A program made the translations under genes and the position numbers. This document shows, piece after piece, positions 27,787 to 36,535 of a DNA stretch of 64,000 nucleotides (the first letter of the stretch is position 1; the number at the start of each line of letters is the position of its first letter). A model generated the notes under the pieces. That model did not search any database, was not told where the DNA came from, and worked only from the letters and a program-made list of their open reading frames with translations. Source of the stretch: a virus. The stretch covers positions 6,207 through 70,206 of IMG/VR virus record IMGVR_UViG_3300032291_003216; one strand, given 5' to 3'.

Positions 27787-29510
27787 ATCTCGCGACTCTC
27801 ATCGACCGTCATCGTCGCTTCTACGAGCGCACCGAGAAGAAGAACTTCGACAAGGCGCGGCGCTACTACCGCGGCGAGTTCTACACGTCGCGCAACGATG
27901 TGAACCTGAGCGATGGTGCGATTCCGTCGTTCCTTTGCTCGAAGAACATGATCTACGCCATCGCGGACACCGCGGTGTCGGCGCTGCTCGGGCCCAACCC
28001 GAAGGTCGCCGCCAACCCGCGCAACCGCCAGAGCCAGGACGCCATCCCGCTCGTCAACGGGCTCATGGACTACGTCTTCGACGTGAACAACATGCGGCGC
28101 CGGGCCGCGACTGCGCTCATCGACGCGGTCCTCTGCAAGCGTGGCGTGTTCAAGACCGGCTGGGACATGAACGCCGACCGCCCCATCGTGCGGGTGCTGG
28201 AGCCGGGCTCGGTCTTCTTTGACCAGACCGTCCGCGACCCGGACGACATCCGCTACTGGCTTGAGGCGGCGGTCATCCCGTGGACCGAGTTTCAGCGCCG
28301 CGTGAAGGCGGGCATCTACCGCTCGCCGAAGATCACGGACGTGCAGCCCGACCGCTACCCGAAGTGGATCACCGACTCCTACAAGAACAGCGACACCGCG
28401 CAGCTTCGCGACAGCTTCGAGTGGGTCACGGTCTGGGAGTACTACGACCGCGAGACGAACAAGGTCCAGCACTACGTCCGTCAGGCCGACGCCGTCGTGT
28501 TCGAGCAGGAGCTGGACTACATCCCCTACTCGATGTTCTCGCTCAACCAGAGCGCGGTCGACTGCCTCGGCCTGTCCGAGGTCCAGCTGGTCCTCAACCA
28601 GCAGGAGACGATCAACGACCTGCTCACGCACATGAAGCAGATCGTCTACCTGATGATCCCGCGCATCCTGTTCAACAGCGAGCTGATCACTGAGGAAGAC
28701 CTCAACAAGGCGGTTGAGGCGGCGACGGGCTCGTTCGTGCCCATCAGCCCGACGAACGCCGAGGGCCTCCGCACGCTGTCGACGCTGTTCTACGAGATGC
28801 CGATGCCGCAGGTGCCGGCTGGCGTTGAGAACTTCATCGCGCGTCAGGAAGGCGACGCGGCGTTCATCTCGGCCCTCGCCGAGGCGGCCCGCGGTCAGGT
28901 CGCCGGCGCCCGCACCGCGACGGAGATGGCGATCATCGACGCGCAGATGCGGACCCGTCTCGCGACGCGCGAGGGGCACATCAACTCGGCGCTCACCGAC
29001 GTCGCCGAGAAGTGCCTCTACCTGTCGAAGAAGTACATGCAGGAGCCGAAGCTCGTGCAGGTCAGCGGGCACGAGGGGTGGACCGAGGTGTCGCTGGAAG
29101 ACATCCACGAGGTCGACATGGGCTTCGCGATGGTGTCGTACAACCCGATCCGCCAGAACCCGTCGGTCATGTCTGAGACGCTGCTCAAGCTGTTCCCGAT
29201 CCTCGCGCAGGATCCGAACATCAACAAGCGCGCGCTGCTCGAAGAGTTGGTCACCGGCGTCGGCCTCTCCACGAAGCTCCTCATCCCGAAGGAAGAGCTG
29301 GAGCAGCAGGAGGCGATGGCGCAGCAGATGATGATGGCGCAGATGGCCGCAGCACAGGGAGGCGGCGCGGGGCCCGGCGCGGCTCCTCCGGGCATGCCGA
29401 TGCTGCCGGGCGGCGAGGTGCCGGGGAACGAGACGACCGAAGCCGCGACGCAGAACGTGCCGTCCGACGTCATGGCGGCGATGGGCCCGACGCCGGTCCC
29501 GGTGGCGTGA
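27783..29510 (+). CDS. portal protein
   Basis: Directly after terL (ATGA overlap); RTATE motif; Q/M/P-rich tail. Confidence 0.85.
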   Translation: MNLATLIDRHRRFYERTEKKNFDKARRYYRGEFYTSRNDVNLSDGAIPSFLCSKNMIYAIADTAVSALLGPNPKVAANPRNRQSQDAIPLVNGLMDYVFDVNNMRRRAATALIDAVLCKRGVFKTGWDMNADRPIVRVLEPGSVFFDQTVRDPDDIRYWLEAAVIPWTEFQRRVKAGIYRSPKITDVQPDRYPKWITDSYKNSDTAQLRDSFEWVTVWEYYDRETNKVQHYVRQADAVVFEQELDYIPYSMFSLNQSAVDCLGLSEVQLVLNQQETINDLLTHMKQIVYLMIPRILFNSELITEEDLNKAVEAATGSFVPISPTNAEGLRTLSTLFYEMPMPQVPAGVENFIARQEGDAAFISALAEAARGQVAGARTATEMAIIDAQMRTRLATREGHINSALTDVAEKCLYLSKKYMQEPKLVQVSGHEGWTEVSLEDIHEVDMGFAMVSYNPIRQNPSVMSETLLKLFPILAQDPNINKRALLEELVTGVGLSTKLLIPKEELEQQEAMAQQMMMAQMAAAQGGGAGPGAAPPGMPMLPGGEVPGNETTEAATQNVPSDVMAAMGPTPVPVA

Positions 29511-29540
29511 GAAACTTTTCCCTCAAGTTTAAGGAAACCT

Positions 29541-29996
29541 ATGCCGACTCATGATCTACGGTGTTCTGCGTGTGGGTGGAAGGCAGTCGATGTCTTCGTC
29601 CGCGTCGAGTCGCTGCCCGTCTGCTCCGACTGCGGGGAGCCCTCTCAGATCGACTGGTCGCACGGACGTGCGCCGTCGGTGCGCGGCCACGGCTACGGCA
29701 GCTTCACGGCCATCGACATGGGCACGCTGGGCAAGGCCGAGACGAAGGAAGACTACGACCGCGCCGTGGCGAAGATCCAGCAGCGCTTCCCCGGCCACCG
29801 CGTCGAGCTGACCAGCGAGACGTCGAACAAGAAGAGCGAGCGCCTCGACGGTCTGCGCCAGCGCGCGTACACCGAGCGGAAGAAGGCCGGAGTCGACGAC
29901 GCTGTGCGCCGCGACATGCGCGAGGAGGCCGCGGCCCGCAAGGCGGAGAAGGCCGCCGCGGGGCCCGTCGCTGCGCCGTCCGGAAGTGCGTCGTGA
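29541..29996 (+). CDS. FmdB-like zinc-ribbon protein
   Basis: MPTHDLRCSACG...CSDCG. Confidence 0.7.
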   Translation: MPTHDLRCSACGWKAVDVFVRVESLPVCSDCGEPSQIDWSHGRAPSVRGHGYGSFTAIDMGTLGKAETKEDYDRAVAKIQQRFPGHRVELTSETSNKKSERLDGLRQRAYTERKKAGVDDAVRRDMREEAAARKAEKAAAGPVAAPSGSAS

Positions 29997-30226
29997 AGAT
30001 GCCTGACCTCAACGAGGCCAAGATCAAGGCGATGCAGCAGGCCCGCATGGTCCGCGTCATCGGCTCGTACGGCCCGTACGACTCCACCGTGCTGGAGGAT
30101 CAGATGACCGGCGAGCGCCGCACAGTCCCGAACAAGTGGCTCTTGGCGGCGAACCGCCCGGAGATCGCGTTTGAGATGGTCCCGCCGCACGCTGCGTTTG
30201 AGGCCGACTACCCTGACGACGAGTAG
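29993..30226 (+). CDS. hypothetical protein
   Basis: GTGA coupling; MPDLNEAKIK... Confidence 0.55.
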   Translation: MKMPDLNEAKIKAMQQARMVRVIGSYGPYDSTVLEDQMTGERRTVPNKWLLAANRPEIAFEMVPPHAAFEADYPDDE

Positions 30227-30289
30227 CGGACCGGGCCGCTCCACGTCTTACCTTCCCGGTTTCATCAAACCATGTTAGGAGACTACATC

Positions 30290-30760
30290 ATGGCTGACAT
30301 GCCCAAGATGCCCGAAGGCGGGATCGTTCCGCGTCGCGACATCAAGCCGCTGGCGGACGAGATCGACGCCATCATGCGCGAGGCTGGCCTCAACGTCGAA
30401 GCCGAAGGCGCTCCCGCGTCGTCCGGCACGATGAACGGCGAGCAGGCCCCCGCAACGGGCACCTCGATGCCCGCCGAGGGTGGCGCGACGGGTGGCGTTC
30501 AGGTCATCGCCGACGTGCTCGGCGTGACGGTCGACAAGGCGCAGGCCCTGTTCGACGCCGCGCAGGCGATGCCGAAGCTCGCGGGCAAGTCGCCCGAGGA
30601 GCTTGCCATGATGCTGGAGAAGGACATGAATCTCCGCATGCAGCTGGAGAAGAACATGGGCGCCAGCGAGGACTCCATGGCCCGGAAGGCGATGGCCGAG
30701 GAGGGTCTGAAGGCCCCCGCGACGCCCCCGCCGACCGAGCCGAGCATGATCAAGAAGTAG
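30290..30760 (+). CDS. hypothetical acidic/Met-rich protein
   Basis: AGGAG RBS; in the head operon. Confidence 0.6.
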   Translation: MADMPKMPEGGIVPRRDIKPLADEIDAIMREAGLNVEAEGAPASSGTMNGEQAPATGTSMPAEGGATGGVQVIADVLGVTVDKAQALFDAAQAMPKLAGKSPEELAMMLEKDMNLRMQLEKNMGASEDSMARKAMAEEGLKAPATPPPTEPSMIKK

Positions 30761-30769
30761 GAGGTTCGT

Positions 30770-31660
30770 ATGTTCGACCAGGCCGAGGAAGAGGAAGTCG
30801 ACACCCAGACCGAGAACGCAGAGGCGTCGGAGCCGGAAGCCGTTGAAGCGGCGGACCCCGTCGAGGATGCGCCCTCGGTGTTCGACTGGAACGGAGAGCT
30901 GGAGGCGCTGTCCAAGGCTGACTGGTTCAGCAAGATCGGCGACGACGGGCTCCGCAACACCCTCGTTCGCGGCTTTGAGTCGAAGTACAAGAACTTTGAG
31001 CGCGGCTTCACCAAGGCGTTTCAGGAGACTGCGGCCCGCCGCAAGGATCTGGAGCGCCGTGAAGCCGCCATCAAGGAGAACGAGCTGAAGGTCATGCGCT
31101 GGCTCAACGGCAGCGGTGACCCGATGGCCGAGAAGCAGGCGGAAGTCGAGCGCCTGAAGGCCGCGCACGACGCGGCCCTCCAGACGCTGCGCGATGAGTA
31201 CGCGCAGTCCGTCCAGAAGGCGCAGGATGAGTGGACCGGCAAGTACGGCACCGCCGAGCGCGAGCGTGACGAGCTTCGCCAGCGCCTTGAGCAGTTCGAG
31301 TACGAGTCGAAGGCCGCCGAGGAGCGTCAGGTCGAGCAGGCGGTCGACGAGGTCGAGACGTGGCTCAAGGATGAGGCGTCCGACGTCTACGAGAACGACG
31401 ATGCGTTCTACGCCTTCTGCGTGCTCGTGACGGGCGGCCTTGACCCCGAGGATGCCGTCGTCATGACGCGCGCCAAGTTCGGCCCGCCGCCGGCCCCGAC
31501 GCCTGAGCCTGTGCCCGACGCGATGCAGGTGATGAACCTCGGCCCGCAGCGCAGCGGCGGCACCGTGCAGAGCGAGAGCCGCTCGTACAAGGACATCATG
31601 GACGCGATGCGTCGCGCCGCTCAGGCCGACGAATCTGCCTTTTACAACCCGCGCCGCTGA
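30770..31660 (+). CDS. capsid scaffolding protein
   Basis: Acidic N-terminus, RGFTKAFQE motif, long coiled coil. Confidence 0.7.
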   Translation: MFDQAEEEEVDTQTENAEASEPEAVEAADPVEDAPSVFDWNGELEALSKADWFSKIGDDGLRNTLVRGFESKYKNFERGFTKAFQETAARRKDLERREAAIKENELKVMRWLNGSGDPMAEKQAEVERLKAAHDAALQTLRDEYAQSVQKAQDEWTGKYGTAERERDELRQRLEQFEYESKAAEERQVEQAVDEVETWLKDEASDVYENDDAFYAFCVLVTGGLDPEDAVVMTRAKFGPPPAPTPEPVPDAMQVMNLGPQRSGGTVQSESRSYKDIMDAMRRAAQADESAFYNPRR

Positions 31661-31668
31661 GTTACGAT

Positions 31669-31699
31669 AACGACGGTCAGGGTCGTCCTGACTGTCGTT
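31669..31699. terminator. hairpin between convergent operons
   Basis: aacgacggtcagg-gtcgt-cctgactgtcgtt, 13-bp stem with one G.U. Confidence 0.6.
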
Positions 31700-31749
31700 C
31701 TCCATTCGACTGAGGCGGCGTGTCGGGGGTCCAATCCCCCCGGCTCGCT

Positions 31750-31950
31750 TCAGAACGGACGGTTGATGGCGCGCGCCGTGACCCAGCGCGTCACCGACGG
31801 CTCAGGGAACGCCATGCGATACACCAGCTCGCGACGAAACAGGTCGAGCAGGCGGAAGTGCATGGGCGTCATCTCAAGGACGTCCACACCACCTTCCTGT
31901 CCCGCGTCGACCCAGTCGAGAAGCTCGTCGTCGGAGGCGTCTGGGGTCAG
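31750..31950 (-). CDS. hypothetical protein (start uncertain, possibly CTG)
   Basis: Open frame TPDASDDELLDWVDAG...RPF with coding-like codons. Confidence 0.35.
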   Translation of the reverse strand: MTPDASDDELLDWVDAGQEGGVDVLEMTPMHFRLLDLFRRELVYRMAFPEPSVTRWVTARAINRPF

Positions 31951-32120
31951 CGCGAGCCGACCTTGACCTTCACCTTGACGGTCGGCTTCTGGATGAGGCC
32001 CGAAATGTCCGGCAGCTTCTTGCCGCGGGGGTTGAGGCCCGCCTTGCCGCCGTCCTCGTCATCCTTCTCCGCCTTCGCCTTGTTCTTCATGGCGTTGAGC
32101 TTGGTGTAGTAGTCTTCCAT
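31947..32120 (-). CDS. small basic protein (57 aa)
   Basis: MEDYYTKLNAMKNKAK...; TGATG coupling to the SLT gene. Confidence 0.55.
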   Translation of the reverse strand: MEDYYTKLNAMKNKAKAEKDDEDGGKAGLNPRGKKLPDISGLIQKPTVKVKVKVGSR

Positions 32121-32794
32121 CACAGCACCTTGTTGGCGAGAAGGGTTTCGCGGAACGTGTTCGTAGGATTCACGCGGTCCTGCGCGACTTCCTCGCGCGT
32201 GGTGCCGGTCAGGAGGTTGTACGCCTGGTCGGCCATAGTGGCGTAGGCGCGCGTCCGGTCGCCGAACTTTGGGCTCGGGTACGCCTGACCGTAGGAGCGG
32301 ACAATCGTCTCGCCGGAGTGGTAGGCGGCACCCAGCGCGGCAGGGTCTTCGCCGAACTTCTTCTTGAGGTCGCCGAGATACTGCGCGGCCCCGCGGATGC
32401 TGTCCTTGGGATCGTCCACGTTGATCTTGTACTTGTCGCGGATGTTGTCGGTGATCTGCGCGAGGCCCTTCGCGCCGTCCTCCGACTGCACGTACCGGCC
32501 CTGCGTCGGGTTGCCGCGCTGCTCGACCATGACGATGGCCTTGAGCAGCTTCGGGTCGACGCCCGACGCGGCGGCGTACTTCTCAAAGTACTCCTCGTAG
32601 GGCTGCACATGGAGTTTGTAGCTCCGCATGAGGTGCTGCTCCTGCGTGTCGGGCTTGAACGAGCCGAGGTCTGTGCGGATGCGCTCCGCAGCCCGTGCCT
32701 CGGCGGCCCGCATGGCGAGCGTGCCGGCCTCCCAGCTCATCGGCCCGCCCTCCGAGTAGATCGGAGAGAACTTCTCCTTCTTCGGAGCCGCCAC
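32120..32794 (-). CDS. lytic transglycosylase (SLT domain)
   Basis: AIVMVE (catalytic Glu), GAKGLAQI, GAAQYL, AYHSG. Confidence 0.9.
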   Translation of the reverse strand: MAAPKKEKFSPIYSEGGPMSWEAGTLAMRAAEARAAERIRTDLGSFKPDTQEQHLMRSYKLHVQPYEEYFEKYAAASGVDPKLLKAIVMVEQRGNPTQGRYVQSEDGAKGLAQITDNIRDKYKINVDDPKDSIRGAAQYLGDLKKKFGEDPAALGAAYHSGETIVRSYGQAYPSPKFGDRTRAYATMADQAYNLLTGTTREEVAQDRVNPTNTFRETLLANKVL

Positions 32795-32795
32795 G

Positions 32796-33167
32796 TCAGT
32801 ACTTCATCGGCTTGGACTTGAGGAACGCCGGCGGCCCCTTCTTCGGCGGCCCGGCCTGGACCTTCGCCGGAGATGGCTCAGACGGCTCGTCCTCGACGTC
32901 CTCTTCCTCTTCCATCTCGACCGAGCCCTCGAGCTGCTTGGCGATCTCGCGGAGCTTCGCCGCCGCAGACCGGAAGTCCATGTTGGCGAGGTCGGGCTTG
33001 GTGGACGCCATCGCCGGGGTCGGCTCGTCGCCCTCGTCCTCTTCCTGCACCATCTCAAACATCATCGGGCCCATGGCAGGACCGGCGTCGTCCATCGCGT
33101 TGAAGTAACCGCCGTGGCCCGCGGCCTTCTTCTTGGCGAGAATGAGGATGGTGGCGGGACCGGGCAT
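32796..33167 (-). CDS. hypothetical acidic protein
   Basis: Start ATG 33167 (MPGPATILILAKKK). Confidence 0.55.
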   Translation of the reverse strand: MPGPATILILAKKKAAGHGGYFNAMDDAGPAMGPMMFEMVQEEDEGDEPTPAMASTKPDLANMDFRSAAAKLREIAKQLEGSVEMEEEEDVEDEPSEPSPAKVQAGPPKKGPPAFLKSKPMKY

Positions 33168-33190
33168 AGACAAACCCCTACTTGAGGCGT

Positions 33191-33200
33191 ATGCTACCAT
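33191..33200. promoter_or_regulatory. bidirectional extended -10 promoter
   Basis: ATGCTACCAT = TG-C-TACCAT (+) and TG-G-TAGCAT (-) between divergent genes. Confidence 0.55.
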
Positions 33201-33251
33201 CGCCATGAAGTGTACGCAATAGAGCGGGCACTCGGAGTTCTGGAGGTGGTC

Positions 33252-33782
33252 ATGGCGGCATATGGCTGGATCGTTCGCAAGTTCATTCGTTACGGCGAGG
33301 TCATCACCGAGCATCTCGCTCCCGGCGCGGTCACCACGGCAAAGATCGCCTCGCAGGCGGTTGATGCCTCGAAGGTGGCGGACACCACGGTCGGAGCCGC
33401 GGTCGCTCCGGGTGCGGCTCGCGCGCTTGTGGCCGCCGAGGTCGGCGCTCAGGTGAAGCTCGTCCTCACCGTCAGCGACGCGGCCAGCGGCAACGCCGAC
33501 TTCACCGGCGTGCCCTACAAGTTCCTCGTCACCGGCGTCACTTACGTGAAGACGGGCGGCGCGGGCAACGCCGGCAACAGCATCACGCTGCACAACGGCA
33601 CGACGGGCAACGCCATCACCAACGGCATGAACAACGCGACGGACACGGGCACCGCCTACGCCTCGACGCTCGACGATGCGTTCACCACCGTGGCCGCGGG
33701 CGCGACGCTCCGCGCCGTCACGGTCAAGGCGGGCGGCAACAACGCCGCCCTCATCATCATCGAGGGCATCCGCGTCGCCTGA
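33252..33782 (+). CDS. putative virion fibre/decoration protein
   Basis: GAVTTAKIA motif; GGAGG RBS; Ala/Gly/Thr-rich. Confidence 0.6.
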   Translation: MAAYGWIVRKFIRYGEVITEHLAPGAVTTAKIASQAVDASKVADTTVGAAVAPGAARALVAAEVGAQVKLVLTVSDAASGNADFTGVPYKFLVTGVTYVKTGGAGNAGNSITLHNGTTGNAITNGMNNATDTGTAYASTLDDAFTTVAAGATLRAVTVKAGGNNAALIIIEGIRVA

Positions 33783-33792
33783 TGCGTGTTCT

Positions 33793-33830
33793 GAGGGCCG
33801 GAGAACGTGATAATCGCGTCTCCGGCCCTC
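33793..33830. terminator. hairpin between convergent genes
   Basis: gagggccggaga/tctccggccctc perfect 12-bp inverted repeat. Confidence 0.65.
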
Positions 33831-33835
33831 TCCGC

Positions 33836-34864
33836 TTAGGAGTTGAGCCAGTTTGCCGGGACGATGTGGCCCGGACCCCACGGTGTGTCCTGTACCGCGA
33901 TGCGGCGACCGTTCTTGTCGCTGCCGGGGAAGGCGTCGAGGCCCTGCTTGCCCATCTCGGGCGTCCAGTAGAAGTAGATCACGCTGTCACCGGCCTTGCC
34001 CCAGTACCGATCCCACCCGTTCTGGGTGTAGTAGTCGTGCAAAACGGCCTCGGGGACCGGGATCTTGTCGTTCGGACCGCACCTGGCCCACCCGTCGGGG
34101 GTCGGATGGACGCCGTTTCGCGGTTCGGCGGCCGAAACGGGCTCGTCTGGCGTCGGATCCGCCTCTTTTTCGGGCTTCGGAGCGCCATTCTTGACCGAAT
34201 GAGCCTTCTCAAGCGCGTCGAGGCCCCGGATCAGCGCCATTCGGCCCACCGTTTCCGCCGAAACTTCGACGCCCAGCTCCTTGACATGCGCCAGCCCCTT
34301 GATAACGGGGATCATCGCCCGAAGTCTGTCTTGAATATCCGACTCCAGCCGGAGCATGAGCAGTCCGCGGCCGTCTGTCGTCTCGGTTGAGCCACCCGCT
34401 TGCTTCACGATGGCCCGTTGGATGTCCAGTTTGGACGCAAGGTCGCGGATTCGCAGCTCGGGCTCGTCGTCTTGGTCGACGTGCATCCACTCGCGTAGCG
34501 CATCGAGGCCCCCGCGCATGGATACGTCGCCCGTCATCTGGTTCCAGCGACCCGGCACTGCGTTGCTCTGCGTGGGCATGACGTCGTCGCGGCGGTAGTC
34601 CTCGGCCCGTTCTTCGTCGAGCGTCGCAACTGCTGGCTTGGCGGGCCGACGGATGACCGTGGGGCCACCGCGCGGCGCGGTTGACTCGGCGGCCCACTGC
34701 TTCAGCTGACGGAGGCCCGTCTCTCCGATGCCGGGAATAGGTGTCGTTTCACCGGTTATCGGTCCTTCGGCCAGCCAGTCATGAATGTCTTCGTCGGTCT
34801 TGAACCCCGACTTCACCAGCGCGTTGCGTAGGCGCAGCGGCAGCGGCAGGTCGTCGATCTTCAT
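33836..34864 (-). CDS. RNAP alpha-CTD-like domain + RHH-like protein
   Basis: IDDLPLPLRLRNALVKSGFKT...IPGIGETGLRQL; LMLRLESD...SAETVGRMALIRGL. Confidence 0.6.
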   Translation of the reverse strand: MKIDDLPLPLRLRNALVKSGFKTDEDIHDWLAEGPITGETTPIPGIGETGLRQLKQWAAESTAPRGGPTVIRRPAKPAVATLDEERAEDYRRDDVMPTQSNAVPGRWNQMTGDVSMRGGLDALREWMHVDQDDEPELRIRDLASKLDIQRAIVKQAGGSTETTDGRGLLMLRLESDIQDRLRAMIPVIKGLAHVKELGVEVSAETVGRMALIRGLDALEKAHSVKNGAPKPEKEADPTPDEPVSAAEPRNGVHPTPDGWARCGPNDKIPVPEAVLHDYYTQNGWDRYWGKAGDSVIYFYWTPEMGKQGLDAFPGSDKNGRRIAVQDTPWGPGHIVPANWLNS

Positions 34865-34885
34865 GCAGTCCTCCGGCCCGAGGCA

Positions 34886-34965
34886 TAACGCTGTGGTATG
34901 GTGTTTGGCAAGAATGGCTGCGATATTTTTGGGCGTTTGGCCCGGGTCCCCTTACCGCTGTGGTA
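34886..34965. promoter_or_regulatory. two operator sites upstream of the alpha-CTD/RHH gene
   Basis: TAACG-CTG-TGGTA (34886), TACCG-CTG-TGGTA (34953). Confidence 0.55.
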
Positions 34966-35303
34966 TGGGTGTTGGCGAAATTGCTCTGGTAGTGGAACTG
35001 CGTTCCGGGGTGGGGTCCCCGTGGCCTGCGCGGCGGGTATGCCGGGGTCGCGGCGTCGCGTCGCGTCGCGCGCCTGCTCGTGCCGGGCGTTGGCCGCTCG
35101 GGTGAACAACCGTTCAGCGACGGGTGCGGGCGACCCTGCTCGTGCGCGCGGGCGGAGTCGAGCCGGGCGACGTAGCCGCGGCGCTCGCAACGCTGCGCAG
35201 CTGCGCAACGTCGGGCCGGCTTACGGGAGGCGGGTGGACGTTCTCCCTCGGCGAACGTACGGGCCGCGTCGCAGCTCGTCGCGCGGGCGAACGTCGGCGG
35301 ACG

Positions 35304-35390
35304 GACCAGACGCGCCGCGTTCCTGCGTCGACCAGACGCGCCGCGTTGTCGAACGGCGCACGTGAGACGGCGCGGACCAGACGCGCCGCG
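35304..35390 (+). repeat. three exact 16-bp direct repeats GACCAGACGCGCCGCG
   Basis: Copies at 35304, 35330, 35375 in non-coding DNA. Confidence 0.8.
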
Positions 35391-35538
35391 GACTATGATC
35401 GCGCGTAGCCGCACTGGCGCGCCAGCTACGCCACGAACGGGGGCGCGCCTATGGGTCGACATAGGTACGCGGTCCGCGTCGCTTGTAGCGCGTCCTATGG
35501 CCCTTGCGCGCGATCTACGATTCGGCGCGAATATTCCC

Positions 35539-35567
35539 TTGCACTACCCGAACCCACGCGGTAAGGT
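35539..35567 (+). promoter_or_regulatory. sigma70-like promoter
   Basis: TTGCAC-N17-TAAGGT. Confidence 0.55.
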
Positions 35568-35618
35568 ATTGCCACGGTCGCCGAATAGACGGCGCCGCAA
35601 CGACATGGAGCTAAGACA

Positions 35619-35843
35619 ATGAACCTCGCTACTAAACACGTCTGCTACCTGATTGCGGACGACGACGGCCCGATCCCGAACGGCTACCCGCTGCCGCACC
35701 CGTTTGAGACGCGCGCCGAGGCGCTCGAAGCGCTGCGCAGCTTGACGGCGCATCCTGGACGCTACGCCGGCGCGCCCTACGTCGCGAAGGGGACGTGCGA
35801 GGTGTCGCGCTACGGTACGTTGCTCGGCGTTGCGCTCGACTAA
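35619..35843 (+). CDS. early hypothetical protein
   Basis: GGAG RBS, upstream promoter, downstream hairpin. Confidence 0.65.
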   Translation: MNLATKHVCYLIADDDGPIPNGYPLPHPFETRAEALEALRSLTAHPGRYAGAPYVAKGTCEVSRYGTLLGVALD

Positions 35844-35990
35844 TCGCTACAGCAGCTCGCCACGCGGCCGCCTCTTATGGCGGCCGTTCGTGTTTGCGGC
35901 GCAAGCTTAGATCGATACTTGACGTCGCGTCGCGACGCGTTACTCACAGCGTGTTACACGATATGGCAGTTTCAACCTGCGTTATTCCTT

Positions 35991-36104
35991 ATTGCAACTG
36001 AGTTGCAATTCATGTCGACGTAACGCCGATCCTGAATGATCTTAGCTATGTCCAGCTATCACACAGGATCCAGATCACTCTACGATCACATACCCCCTAC
36101 GATC
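35991..36104. other. 19-bp palindrome + cluster of six GATC (candidate pac/origin)
   Basis: ATTGCAACT-G-AGTTGCAAT; GATC at 36028, 36038, 36067, 36073, 36084, 36101; AT-rich flank. Confidence 0.45.
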
Positions 36105-36444
36105 CTGTTAGCTCTACGCGTCTATAGTGTTTCTATACGTTTATATAGGGGTACCTCCGCGGCCCGGAGTAACGCCCGAGGTCACCCCTAACCGAGCGTA
36201 ATCACACGTGAAACCACCGTTACGTGCTACGGTTACGCACTAATGCGACGGCGCCCCGATACACGCGACGCGCGCTAACAGGCTGACAAGCTGCGCTATC
36301 GCCGTCTCACGCGGTCCTGCGTTGCGACGGCCCGCGCGCCTGGCTCGCTTGCCGAATCTGTCAACGTCGCCATGCCAGCCATGGCAACGACGCGCCGTCG
36401 CCTTAGCTCCGAGACGATGTCGGAAAGAATATGCGGTCCCTACC

Positions 36445-36473
36445 TTGACGCCCCGGTATAGCCCGACTACATA
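36445..36473 (+). promoter_or_regulatory. sigma70-like early promoter with operator
   Basis: TTGACG-N17-TACATA; TGACG-CCC-CGGTA overlaps the -35. Confidence 0.55.
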
Positions 36474-36535
36474 GACAACACCGAACGGCGCCGCGCCGCT
36501 AATCGGTTCAACGCTCACACACTGGAGACTCTACC

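Noticed and set aside
35304-35390. Mini CRISPR array
   Set aside because: 16-bp repeats with 10- and 29-bp spacers; no cas operon
34779-35622. ORFs in the 34.9-35.6 kb gap
   Set aside because: Arg/Ala low-complexity translations, no RBS, non-coding style
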